64,000 nucleotides of DNA from Guillardia theta CCMP2712. Its lineage: Eukaryota > Protista > Cryptophyta. A model generated the notes under the pieces. It did not search any database. It worked only from the letters and a program-made list of their open reading frames with translations, and was not told the DNA's origin. This document shows, piece by piece, positions 11,293-23,600 of this stretch (position 1 is its first letter; each line of letters opens with the position of its first letter). The stretch is from NCBI RefSeq assembly GCF_000315625.1, contig NW_005434668.1, positions 1,158,118 to 1,222,117 of the forward strand, read 5' to 3'. Both the position numbers and the translations under genes were made by a program.

Positions 11293-13587
11293 AGATGTAG
11301 GAGTAGGGAGAGATGTCTGCTGCTCCTTCCTTGGCGATTTCTCGGCCCCTTGCTGCTTCACGTCGTTCTTGAAACAATCTTGCAAAAACTGGACGACCTG
11401 ACACGCAGCAAGTGACGACGGACGCGAAGGAGAAGGAAGAGATGGAGGCAACAGGAGGAGGAGGAGGAGGAGGAGGAGGAGGAGGAGGAGGAGGAGGAGG
11501 AGGAGGAGGAGGAGGAGGAGGAGGAGGAGGAGGAGGAAAAAGCAGCAGGAGAAGGAAGAATCGGCAAGAGGAGGGAGAAGGAGGAAGAACCTGGTCTCGG
11601 AATTCGCTGGGACGGATGCTATTATGATCGCCTTGAAACACATTGATCTCCTTCCTTCCTCCATAATGCTGAAAAATTTTCTGCGCGTGCGAAGAAAGAA
11701 CAAGCTGAAGGAAAAGATTTCAGCAGGTGGGAAAGGAGGGAGGGGAGGGAGGTGATAGCAGGGGAGCGACTGGAGGGTAGACATCGAATTGGAGAGGACA
11801 GGAAATGAGGGGGAAGGGAAGGTTGTGACGGGAAGAAAGGAGTGAAAGATCGACAGAGGAGAGGAGAGGAGAGGAGAGGAGAGGAGAGGAGAGGAGAGGA
11901 GAGGAGAGGAGAGGAGAGGAGAGGAGAGGAGAGGAGAGGAGAGGAGAGGAGAGGAGAGGAAGGGGAAGGGAGGAGAGTGGGGGGGACGCGCCTGGTCGTC
12001 AGAAGCGTGACCGATCAGGCAGGGACAAGAACATCTCGGAGCCACTGCAAGAACGTCCACGAAATTGATGTCGAAGTCAGCTCTGCAGAGCAAGTCATCA
12101 GATGAGAAGCGAAGAGAAGAGAAGGGAAGGGAAGAGGAGAGGAGAGGAGAGGAGAGGAGAGGAGAGGAGAGGAGAGGAGAGGAGAGGAGAGAAGAGGAGA
12201 GGAGAGGAGAGGAGAGGAGAGGAGAGGAGAGGAGAGGAGAGAAGAGAAGAGAAGAGAAGAGAAGAGAAGAGGAAGGAGGAGAGGAGAGGAGAGGAGAGGA
12301 GAGGAGAGGAGAGGAGAGGAGAGGAGAGGAGAGGAGAGGAGGAGGACAGCAAAGAGATAGTTTAGACTTCAACGCATTTGAGGTGTCAAGAGATTTCAAG
12401 GTTTGGCTCACTTGGAGAGGACAGCTACTCGAAGACTCTCGACAGCATCGTCGATCATCGACTCTAGAGGCACCAGAGGAATCTTCCCGACATATTTGTA
12501 CGCCAACTCGGAGATGACCTGCAGCATCAAAATTCAGATGGAAATCCGCGGCCATCAATCCATCCATGAATCCTCCCTGCCTCCCTGCCTTCCTTCCTTC
12601 CTTCCTTCGAGCCCTCTATATCATTCCTCACTTCTTCCTTCCTGCCCTCCTCGTCTTGCCTTGCCTTAACTGCCTAAGATCTTGGTCTTTCTTCTGCCTC
12701 CCACGCCTTGTTCTCCCTCTCTGTCTGTTTGTCCCTCACACACACTCATCAACCTGTCTAACAGACGTGTAACAGCTGTCGAGCACCATGCCGCTGATGA
12801 GGTGATAGTAACTGCAGCAAACTCACTCACTTGTCACCTCATCACATCAGCATCAACCTCTCATCCGCAGCGACAAGCATCGCAGTCGCTGCCCCCATGC
12901 TTCTTCCGTACAGCCCGATCTGATAGACCGTAAAGATGTTGCGAGCTTGAGGCGCCTCAAACAAGATACCGAAGAGATGTTGCGGTTAGAAGACAAATAA
13001 TCCAACACGCTCTTCAAATCATCACTGCACATTGTTGTCAGGGTTGCAAACGTCCGATCATTTTCCCTCTCCCTCTCCTTCTCACCATTCTTTCCACCCT
13101 AACGTCACTATGTCTCCATCCGACAGGCCGCAGCCACCAAAGTCAACCGTGAAGACTGACATCTGGAACCTGCAGGGTGAGAATGGAAAAGATGCGCAGA
13201 AGAGACCTGCTCCACTAAGAAAGAATCCACAACATCATCAGCATCAATGCGACTCCCGCTGTTGCCGTGAAGGTAGACAACACAAGGGACTGGGCTTGTA
13301 ACCTGAATGGGAGTCAACGATGAAGACCGCATTCCAACAATATCACCTTCATGGTTTCTTTCACGACAGGGAGATACAAACTCCCCCGCAAGACAAGGTT
13401 CCTCCTTGAAACGATGTCTACGTCCTCTCTCGTACACATCTGCCCCTTGACAATGTAGCGATTGGGCCCCTGTACATCGTCATGGTCATCAGAACTTGAG
13501 AAACAGAGCAGGTCAGACAACCAGGTCTGCCACTTTGTACTCCTTGCGAGGAGGACGGTAGATCAAGCCAGCAAACATTTCTGCCAT
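10437..13587 (-). CDS. Alpha/beta-fold serine hydrolase (ABHD/YqkD-like) with a low-complexity C-terminal extension; multi-exon
   Basis: Spliced reading [17 protein letters not shown]...[13 protein letters not shown]...[10 protein letters not shown]...[12 protein letters not shown] (GxSxG nucleophile)...HASDDQ (Asp)...GDHNSIRP (His). Confidence 0.87.
11452..11536. repeat. (GGA)n trinucleotide microsatellite, intronic
   Basis: About 28 GGA units. Confidence 0.95.
11855..12340. repeat. Two intronic (GGAGA)n/(GAAGA)n arrays flanking a hydrolase exon
   Basis: Pentamer arrays at about 11855-11960 and 12135-12340. Confidence 0.92.
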
Positions 13588-13823
13588 CTTCGGGTTTTGT
13601 TCGCTCTTGCGCTTGCACGCTCTTGCTCCGATCTGCCTCTTTGCTCCTCAAGTTGTCATGCTCAAGCAAAGATCTGCCAGCAGGAGCAAAACTGTCTCAG
13701 CCTGAAAGATAGATAGACGGAAAAACGCATCGAGCAACTTGCTCTCGGATACAATCAATTTTGGGAAATATGCATAGCTCCGAATGAAGTTGATAGTCCT
13801 AATCTTTCCTGATTAAGTAACGT

Positions 13824-13868
13824 GTCCTGTCCTGTCCTGTCCTGTCCTGTCCTGTCCTGTCCTGTCCA
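13824..13868. repeat. (GTCCT)n pentamer microsatellite
   Basis: About 9 units upstream of the hydrolase gene. Confidence 0.92.
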
Positions 13869-14144
13869 TTGAACAATTGCCTTTACTTTTCGCATTGTTC
13901 GCCTACCCTTTATCTTCGGCTTTGCTCGGCTACGTTCATCACCTCCTCCCTCTTCTGCGTACCTGCTTCACCGTTCCTCTGCTCTGCTCTGCTCCCCTCT
14001 GCTCTCCTCTCCTCCCTGTCCTCTTCACTCGCCATAGACTTTTCACCTCCAACAATCCGATTAGACCTTTTTGATCCTGACCTCTAAATCTCAATGGTAA
14101 TGATCTAATCTTCCACTAATACAAATTAACAGTTCTTAATCTCT

Positions 14145-14345
14145 GAGTGGCTGGCGGGCAGCACACAGTGCCAGTCCGCTGATCGGATCCGCCGGGTCCC
14201 CGGCGGACCGCCGCGGCTCGTGTGGGCTGGGCCCGGGCCCTGGCGGTGGGCTTCACCGTGAAGCCCCCACCGTGGCACTGCGCAGGTGAACTTCAGTTGA
14301 GTCCGAGTAACACTGTTACCGTCGGCGGTCGGATGCCTCGAAGCA
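14145..14345. promoter_or_regulatory. GC-rich block of nested tight palindromes
   Basis: tccgccggg-tc-cccggcgga (14188-14207), gggcttcac-c-gtgaagccc (14248-14266), cagtgcca...tggcactg, gtaaca-c-tgttac and gatcggatcc. Confidence 0.45.
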
Positions 14346-14436
14346 TACTAGGCTACTGATATAACACACGTGACAAGCCACGGTAGGTTGTAACTGACTC
14401 AGTGTGGTGTGTTCATTGCTAAGCTCAAAGAATATC

Positions 14437-17400
14437 TCACGAAACCTCTACTGTCCTCGCCCCGTTCTCATTTTCTCTCTTGTTTCTTCCGAGTCTTGTG
14501 GTGTTCTTAAATTTCTGTCCAACAGCAGGAGCGTCTCCTCCGTCCTTGCTTGCATCCTTATCGGCCTGCACGCCTCCCTGTGAGAACACTACAGCTCGCA
14601 GCTTTTCAGCTGCATTCCCATTCGCATCCTCCGCCCCGGCCTTGTTCTGAGCCTGCAACTTTGCCTTCGCTGTGTATTCCACAACAAGTCTTGCTGATTC
14701 CATCACGCGTGGGTCTGATTCGCCGTAGTAGGCTTTCAGGATCTCGTAATTCTTGTTCTCGTTCTTAACAGCCAGCGGGAACGCCTGCATCCTTACCAGT
14801 GCCACAGCAGTGGCATGGAAGGAGTTGGCAGTAGCAAGGTGTTGCTCACCCAGCATGGTCTCATTGATCTTGAGAGCTTTGTGCAAGTATCGCAATGCTG
14901 TCTTGACATGATTCAAGTCTAGGTGGATCATCGCGGTGTTGATGTAGATTCCAGCCACGTCAGGATGATTCTGACCGCACTGCAGCTGCAGCAGATATTC
15001 TGCACGCCCCATGTACTGCAAGGCCCTGCGGTACTGCTTGACATTGTACGAGTACAAAGCAAGATTGCTGTAACCCAAGGCCACCTCAGGATCGTCCCAA
15101 CCCGAGACGATCTCCCAGATCACAATCGCTTTCTGCTGATACGACAGTGCATTCGCGAAGTCCCCGATCTGCTGGTGTACGAGAGCCAATGTCGAGTAGC
15201 ACGACGCGATGGACGTATGGATTGGCCCACACGTCTGGTGCAGCACGTAGAGCGCCTCGTGCAGTGCCTCCAGCGCGCGGTGCAGGTTTCCAATCCGCTG
15301 GAACTTCTTCCCTGCTGACAACAATTCCTGCGCCTCCTTGCACTCATGAGAAACTCCCTTTGTGACAGGAAACAATTGAAGAATGTCCTCCTGAGCAAAT
15401 GGTTGCGGGGCCTTGAAATCATACTCCCTTGCCTGGAAAACAAGCGTTATCATAGACACTACCACGAGTCAGTAGCACCTGTAATTGAATGCCAAACCGT
15501 TGGCACACTGCTCGCAACAAAGGAACACGGCCTACACGATCCAAAACCTTCATACGATCTTCCTCCAAAGTGAAGCTAAAGGGGGGGGGGGGGGAGGGTG
15601 GAGAAACACACAATTAGTGTTCGTTGAAACCAAAATATCAAGAAATACCAGAACTTCGACTTCGATTCTTGCTGCAAGGATTCCCACAAAGATGTTGATC
15701 CATACTCGCTCAGGGGGCCCTTGGTGTCCAATTCAGATGCGCCCATGTTTCTTGCTTGCTTCTTCTTTTTGTTTTTTTTGTCGTTCCCATCGGCAGACTT
15801 CCCACCTCCAGCTCTCCCGAGCAAGCAATTCAAGAAATGAGCACATACTGAAGCAAGAAAAATCAATAACCACATCAGTTACCAACACACAAAATGCTCA
15901 CCGAAGGCCAAATGACTCGGACCAGTACGAAGGAGGCCAGACCTCAAAATGTACTTGCAGCAACGAGCGATGATCTCCCTTTCACATAGAATTTGAACAA
16001 AAGGAATCTCGGCTGCAAGCTCATGCAAAGATCCGAGATAGCGCATGTTGACTCCATGAGAATGCAAGGCTTCCTTCAGCTGCTTTCCCTCAACTGGTGA
16101 AAGCTCCAGAAACTTAAATTGGTTGATAAGGGAAGGAAGCACTGTGTCGACAAGGTATTTGCCAGCCTCAACAAGCTCAGCTTCATCTGCTGCTCTGTCA
16201 TCGCAGACTGGACGCCAGGATTCCTCTGACAGATCCTCGGGATTCCTAACAAAGTTTACATTGAACGCTATCTTGGCGAGATGGTTCTTGGCTTCTTCTT
16301 CACTGTGCTCCTTCTCACTTTCAGCTGCCTGGTTCACACTGGCGATTACTTTAGAAATGGAATATGACCTGATAAGTTCAGGGCGGAGAAAAGCAGAATC
16401 AGCACGATGGTCGTTCACATTCATATCAGGTGGCATTATTCGGAGCAGATCCAACAAGTACTTCCTTCCATCGACGCCACTTATCATCTTGCATTCAGCC
16501 GGAAAGCAAACTTTGTGTTCTGTACCAGATCCATCTACAATCATGCTTTCTTTCATATGCATTTTTTTTGCAATCTGCAGAAGACTCTCGTGTGATTCTG
16601 GTGTCCAGAGATACTTCTTGCCATTTTCCACAGAGCCGTGCAGGACTGAATTGATCTGCTCTCCTTGCAAAATACCCGGGATAATCACTTGTGCAACAAC
16701 TCGAGAGCCCCTGTAATCGATTAGGGCGGTTGCCAAGGTAAACAATCCATCTGTCTCAAGCGCATTGATTTGAGCAATCCCAATCAAATCCTGGTTTGTT
16801 GAAATGTACGTAGCTTGCTCACTGAAGTAGGCATCTTGTGACTTGTCCTTGGACATCGTTGCGTATGAAAAAAATATGTTGTTGTACTGGAACATTTGTT
16901 CAGAGATAGGATCCATGGGGTTCATCGAAGGAACACAGTTCTCTACCACAGCGATTGCACCACGAGTAGCAGCTTCAAGGAAATCCGAGGTCGTCTTAAA
17001 CAAGGTACGATCGCGGAGGAAATATTCTCGTCGCATCGACTTTGGAAGTTCCTTCCCACCTTGATACTCTTCATTCCAATCTCGAGCACTCGCACCAACT
17101 TCCAAACCGTAGACAGAGACCAGGGAGTCTTCAAGTCTGCTGGGATCTGGTGAACACTCTGATTTCGTCGAAACCCAACTAATGAATGTTGATTGTGAGG
17201 ACCATGATTCGAAGGGGTCTCGTGCTTGGCGGCTCGAAATCAGTTTAGTCCAGTTCCTCTTGAAAGCAGACGAGATAAGGCAAAGGAGACCAACCAGCGT
17301 GTAAGACGTCTGAGAGTAAGTCTCATGGTGCAGAGGATTAAGTGCTTCCCCATAGATTGTCCTATTCACAAAGAAGCCCCTCACAGATGCTGTGACACAA

Positions 17401-18197
17401 ACCCGACGGTCGTCAGCAAGAACCACGTCGTAATAGGCGATGTCACCCTGCACCTTTCTGTACCCAGGAACAGGGTTCAAAGCAGACAGAGAAATAGATT
17501 TCAGACAGCGCGACTCTTTCAGGGACAAGTCCATGCCAAAGTCATACGCGAGGAGTTCTCTCAACGAAGAAGTCTCAAGAGGCCCTCGGTCTTCGTTCTC
17601 ACCATTAGCCAACCGATCACCAGCTTCTTGGTCCAAGGCGGACAGAACTAGCTGACCTTCACTGTTCAGAGTTGGTAACAGCTGGTACACTGCATTGCCG
17701 GGCGTGACTTTAGGCGGAGCAAGGATCTCACGCAGCTTCTTGACGTGAGCACGCACCGAACGTTCCTCATAGCAGGCCTCCACCATTTGCAATGAGATTT
17801 CAATCTCCTTGGTGCCTTTAGACTGCCTTGCAGTCTCTTCCTGCTCTGGAGTCGCCAAGGTGTTGATCTCAACAAAGTCATTAACATCGGCACCGTCATG
17901 TTTCAACAGGTAGTGTGTGAAGTAGCAGGTTTCCAGAGTCTCCGACAAGAAATGCCTCACATCCAACAACGTATCACCGGCATTGAGTGTCGGTTCTTGA
18001 GTAAGGTTTCCTGCCAGTGTCTTGATTTTCACTTTGTAAAGCAATTCATTCGCCATGGAGTTTGCATCCTGCTCTGACTCCTCTGCGGTTCCATTGAGCT
18101 GGCCGTTTGGCAAATCCTTGCCGTTGCTGCAACACAAGAGCAATCACCAACATTTCAACAGCAGAACAGGAACGTACCAGCCTTCTGCACTCTCCAT
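14437..18197 (-). CDS. CLU1: Clustered mitochondria protein CLU1/Clueless (CLU domain + TPR)
   Basis: Motifs RDWNEEYQ, NPVPGYRKVQGDIAY, MFQYNNIFFS, TALIDYRGSRVVAQ..IPGIL, GVDGRKYLLDLLR and LHSHGVNMRYLG, followed by C-terminal TPRs (HPDVAGIYIN). The start codon is uncertain. Confidence 0.93.
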
Positions 18198-19636
18198 TTT
18201 GGCTGTCACCTGTCATTCCAAGGGGTTAGACGACTTGAGGGTAGCATTCGAAATTGTGGTCCACAGGATAGACAGAATAGAAAACTATGTGACAGTTTCT
18301 GCATATCTAACACATGTGTCCAAATGAAATCATTAGCACAGGGAGAAATGAACGCTATGTATTCAGACTTGCGCGAGAGCACGACAACAAGATAGCGCTA
18401 TTGCTCCTAGCATGACCCAGCACAGAGTGACAGCCGAAGACGACAAACGCATCGCAAGCTCTTCTGCACAAGCTTCCCTTCTCCACCGCCCTCCCCGCTC
18501 CCCCTTCCATTGCGACCTGCTGCCGCGGCACGAGCAAATGGGGGGGTCCACAAGGCTCTTGAAGGGGGTGGTAACTCCACCCCTATTGGAAAAGGGGGGT
18601 GTCACCTACACCCCCAGGTGCCAGATGGGAAAAGAGTGGGTACTTTCAGGGAGAATACTGGGGTGCAATAGATTGTCTTTGATGGATTAGGGGTGGTGTG
18701 AAATGGAAACTGGGGGGTCTCACAGCTTGGGACTCAAGACAAAGGGGACTGTTCGTATAAAAGATTTGTTTTTGACATATATAAATTCAAAATTGTTTTT
18801 ATCATGTACAAATTTTCTGGTTGAGCTACTATCAAGCTTCTACAGATTTACAACCTTTTTGCAATAACTCTTTTAATGGTACAATAATTCTCTCATTTAT
18901 GTGAATTACATGTTTTTAAATAGGCTTGTACCTCTTTTAAAAATGGCCACAAACCGCATATGTGGGATACCCCTACCCTGGCCTTCAACATCGATAATAA
19001 GGTACCCTACCCCCTTTTGTATCTCTCGCTCAGTGATCATCTACCCACCCCCACGTGACACGATTTGGTGGAGGGCACTGCTAGCTCGCAAACACCAGCG
19101 TTTGTACGAGACAGTATAGAATGTTTTTGATAAAAATACTTTTTTGAAAATACTCCAATTGCTCTTATTTGAAGCAGTCGTCCAAAGATTGTTACTAATT
19201 TTGAAATTTTGAACAGAAAATATCAAATAGTTTGCTGACTGTGTCAGCAGGTCGCTCAAAAGGCTTGCGATTGCGGCCTAGGGAAAAGTATAAGATATAC
19301 ATGAAAGTCTATGACTGATACATCATCCGTGTTCAAGTCTTACCCCCACCCGTCCAAATATAAGATAAAGTACCGGGTACTCTTCCAGGGGCTACCTGGA
19401 CCCCTTCGTGTAGAGAACAACTCGGGGGTGGGTTCAGCTCCTATACCGAGAGGGAGGAGCGGGGAGAGGCTACCAGGAGAGTGCATGAAGAAGAGACAAG
19501 CACCTCAATGGAATCTCATTATCCCTGTCATCTTCCTCACTCATCCCATAAGTCCTCTCCTCATGGTCCAGCATGTGCCCCCTCAACCTTCCAAGTCTGT
19601 CAAAGAAGACTCGCAGCAACAAAGGCGAGCGAGCGC

Positions 19637-20575
19637 ATGAAATTCACCCTCCCCATCATCTCCCTTTCCTTGATCTCAGCTCTCCTCCTTCTGGCCGGCA
19701 ACTCGTCAGACGCCAAGGTCAGTCGGCCTTCTCCTCCTCCTGCTGCCACCTCGTTCCTCCTGACATAGCCTCGACCTGGTAGATCGAAGCTCCGCTGACG
19801 GAGCAGAAGCAACGCCGTCTGCAGCTACACGCAGGGGAGAGGGTGTACGTTCCGCGATCGGGAGCCATAGAAGCTGTGAGCGCCAGAGGAGGAAGGGGAT
19901 TCGGTGACCACGTGGCAGGTCGGATCAGGGGTGGGCTGGCCGGTGTACTCGAAGATCCGTGCGGCAAGTTGGAGGCAGCAGGAGCATCCTTATGCTGGGA
20001 GCTTCGCCGAGACGAGGAAAGGGAGGGGAGGCAGATGGCCCAGGGTGGGGGAGTATGGAGATGTGCCACGGATGAATCAAGACCTTGTGAATGATGAAGA
20101 GCTGAACAAGGTCAGAGCCCTGACTTGCTTGCTTGCTTGCTTGCTTGCTCTTTTGCTTGGTTGGTTGGTTGGTTGGTTGGTTGGTTGGTTGGTTGGTTGG
20201 TTGATTCCAATCCTCTTGTCTGGCAACTGTCTTTCCTCCTGTCTCTCTGCCTTCGTCTACCTCGTCCCTTCTGACATCGCTTGCTGTGCCTGAAGGCTCC
20301 TTGTAAAGAGGATCCGATCTCGATCGAGTGCACAGGAGGCTTCGGAGGAGGGATCAAGAGCACGGGGGGTCCGATGAACACAAGGTGAGAGGAAGGAGCG
20401 AGGGCTGGCGACTGAGAGGAGCGTCAGGGTGTTTTGGAGGAGAGACAACACGTTAGGGTGGCAGCAGGAGATGGACGGACCCGTCGATACCTCGCCTGAC
20501 TTGCAGGATGCGCATGATTTGATGTACGGGTTCCCGAGAGACAGGAGGATGGGACTGACAAAGCTAGAGAGCTGA
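19637..20575 (+). CDS. Small predicted secreted protein of unknown function; about 5 exons
   Basis: Signal peptide MKFTLPIISLSLISALLLLAGNSSDA. In-phase exons give IEAPLTEQ.., VGSGVGWPVYSK..EELNK, APCKEDPISIECTGG.. and RVFWRRDNTLGW..KLES*. Confidence 0.6.
20158..20202. repeat. (GGTT)n tetramer microsatellite preceded by (GCTT)n, intronic
   Basis: Direct repeats in an intron of the secreted-protein gene. Confidence 0.9.
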
Positions 20576-20698
20576 TAACTTGTGTGTGTGTCATCAACAG
20601 CATCATCATAAACTACAAGAGCTTCTACAGTACAACATTCTCTCAAATCATCTACATACTTCTCCTCCTACTCCGCCGTCGTCATCACGTCACGACTG

Positions 20699-23600
20699 TT
20701 ACATGCTTTGTGCCAGTCGCTGGATCTCTAGTTTGAGCTGCAGGCAACGTCAGCAAAGGAGGAGAGGACGGTGAGGGACCTTGGCTATCTCCACGTGCTG
20801 CTTCCTCGCAGCCTCCTCCTTCTCCGCCAGCTTCTTGTTCAGTTCGACTTTCTCGCACGTCCACTCAGTTTCTTTTTGCCGATGCTCCTCCAACGTGTTG
20901 CGATGGTGTTCCTAAGATCCTGTCAGACTCTCTCTGGTCGCTTCCTCACCGTCCTCCAGCCTCATCCCTCCATCATCTCCCTCCCTCCTGTCCCCCCTCT
21001 TCCTCCTCTTCCCTCTGTCTTCATCCCATACGCATGTGCTCAACACGCCTCCCCTCCTGCTCACCTTGAGGATATTCAGTTGTGTGGTCACCCGGCCAAG
21101 GTTGTCAGAGAGCTGCTTGATCTGAGCCCCGATCATTGCAGGGTACTTGCTCCCCGGCTGTGTCTCCTGCACTCCCTCCTGCTCCCCCTGACCAGCTCCC
21201 ACCTCCTCCCACTCCCTCCACGCTTCCTCTACGGCTGGAACGTTCCAGTCCACATTCACGTCCCATGTCTTCGCCTCGTAGGGCACCAGAGTGTTGTGCA
21301 CCATGTTCAGCACCGCTGCCTCCCGCAGACTTTCCAGCCACTTGCCCAGCTCGCCCTCATCTTTCGCCCTGCAGTAGAGGTGCCTGCACGCGTCTGGTCC
21401 CCGGTAGAAGAAGCCGCTGGGTCTCAGCTCGAGAGTTGGGATTCCGATCTCCTCCACGTCCTTGGCCACCTCGTCGGTTCCCGGAGGACCGTTCCAGTGC
21501 GTGGCGGAGGAGGCGTCGAGCACGAAGTAGCCATCGAGCACAACCTTGGACACGGGCAAGGCTTCAGTGGGCCCCGTGAACAGCAGAAGTTCGTTTTTGC
21601 TCAGGACAGCCCACAGGGTCTCCCACTTCCTCTCCCCCTCAAGCAGGTTGTTCAGCCACGCGTTGGGCAGTCGTATACCGACTCGTACCTCGTGTACGAG
21701 CAGCCAGCCCTGCCTGCCGTTACCCTCGGTGACCCTGTCCTTATCCTTGTCCTTGTCCTTGTCCTTGCCTTCTATTTTCGCCTCCTCTCGCTCATCCTTT
21801 GGTGTCTTCTCGGTCTCAACCTCCTCAGATCCTTGCGGGCGCCCAACTGTTTCTGCTCGCCGAGGATTCTCTCCACCTTCTCCTCCACCTCCTTCATCTT
21901 TCTGCACTTTCGCGTTCTTCTTTCTCGCCCCTTGTGTTGGTTTCTTCACCTTCACTTCGCGCAGCTCCTCTTCCAGTGCCTCCTTCCGCCCCTTACACGC
22001 GAGGGCCAGGAACTTCCGGTCGGCTACCCGAGCCTCATGCCTCGTCTCGGTGCTCAGCTTCATCTCGCTCCTGGCCATGACCCCTCGGAGCGCGTCCGCC
22101 TCGTTCGACCCAGCGATGGTCACACCATCCCCCACGCACACGAAGCTCACTTTCTCCTTGAGCAGACGCAGCAGCTTTGGCCTCCTCAGGATCATCTTCT
22201 GCTTCTCAGCCATTGTCAGCGTTGCCGCCGGCCTTTCCTCCGGCTCCTCCTCCTGCCTCTCCACCGCCTCAAACATCTCCTCGTATGCCGTCGAGCTCCC
22301 CTCGCCCTCGCGTTCAGGCGGATCTGCTGACAAGAGATCGTCATGCGGCCCGTACGGCTGCTCGACGAGCCCGCGAGACACGCAGGGGCCTCCTGTGGCT
22401 GACAGTCAGGGATCGCAGGCACAAGAGAGGAAGAGAAACCTTTCTGGGCGTTGAGAGGAGCAGCATGCCCCTTCATGTTCTTGCCGAAGAGCGAGGACTG
22501 AACCTCATCGAGGATGGATGACACGTCGATGTTTGGATTTAACCACAGCACTTGACCCTGCGAGTCGACCTGATACGCGGCCTCCTCCTCCTCCTGCCTC
22601 GCTGCCTTTGCGTTCTTGTTTGGCTTGAACCCTTGGCAGATCTTGTCGAAGCAGAGCTGCCAAACTTTTCCGGCCGTCGATACCTCAACCGACATGGATT
22701 TGCTGACAGCCACGTTCATCTCCTCAACGGCTGTGATTAGAGCTTGTAGCTCCACGATCTGCTGAGACCCGTTCTCTCCTCCGCCCACTCCTGCAACCGA
22801 CTCGCCCCCACTGGGTGACGCCTCTGCTGGCTTCCAGCTGGGGTGGAGGGGAGGAAGGAAGTCCAATAGAGAGAGCGGGAGGTCGAAGAGCGAGACGAGC
22901 TCCCGGATGTTCATCACCAGCTTGTACCTCAACGTGAACAGCTTGTCCGGCTGGACCTGAGCAGCCAGGGCAGCTCGGAGAAGCGCTGGAGGGTAGCGAT
23001 CGCAAGAGCCTGTTCCGAATCTTTCCAATCCTTCTTGCTGCACCAGGTTTCCCTTCAATCTCTCAGTGAGAGACTTCTGCTTCGGAGGCTCCAACACTCC
23101 CCCGTCCTCTTGCACTTCAACTTTATCCCAAACCCTGAAGTTCTCCTGGAATCTCTCAGGATCGGAGATTACCGAGCCTCCTCCCCACATGTAGACGTTG
23201 CCTCCTCTAGCGAGCGCGGCAGTCCTTGTCCCCCCGCAGGAGATCTGCACGATGACAAATTTCCTCAGACAGTTTACACGAGTCGGAGTCAGACTGTCCT
23301 CCTCCCTTCCGCTGCCCAGGCTGACCACACAAATCAGTTCACGTCAGGAGGAACGTACAGGTACCTGAAGCCTCTCCCGGACCCGAAGCAGAAGATGTCT
23401 CCTCGGATCGTCAGGTACGCGCTGTGCCACCTCCCGCACGACATGCTCACGATCGTTCGATCCTCCGGCATTGGCAGCTTGTGGGGGCTCAGCACCTCAG
23501 ACGTGTGTCCGAGCCCGTGGCATCCTCCCGTTCCTCTCCCCCAGCCCCAAAGTTTTCCATCCTCTGTCAGCGCTAGGCAGTGATGCTCCCCGCACGCGAC

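Noticed and set aside
10462-12567. 701-aa ORF with SSPLL and poly-L repeats
   Set aside because: Stop-free microsatellite introns concatenated with hydrolase exons in mixed frames.
19769-19800. In-frame TGA after an alternative acceptor (possible selenocysteine)
   Set aside because: The next AG gives a clean open frame. There is no redox motif and no SECIS that I can identify.
20771-22454. Long plus-strand ORFs (519 and 302 aa)
   Set aside because: Antisense shadows of the GC-rich PH-RCC1 coding exons.
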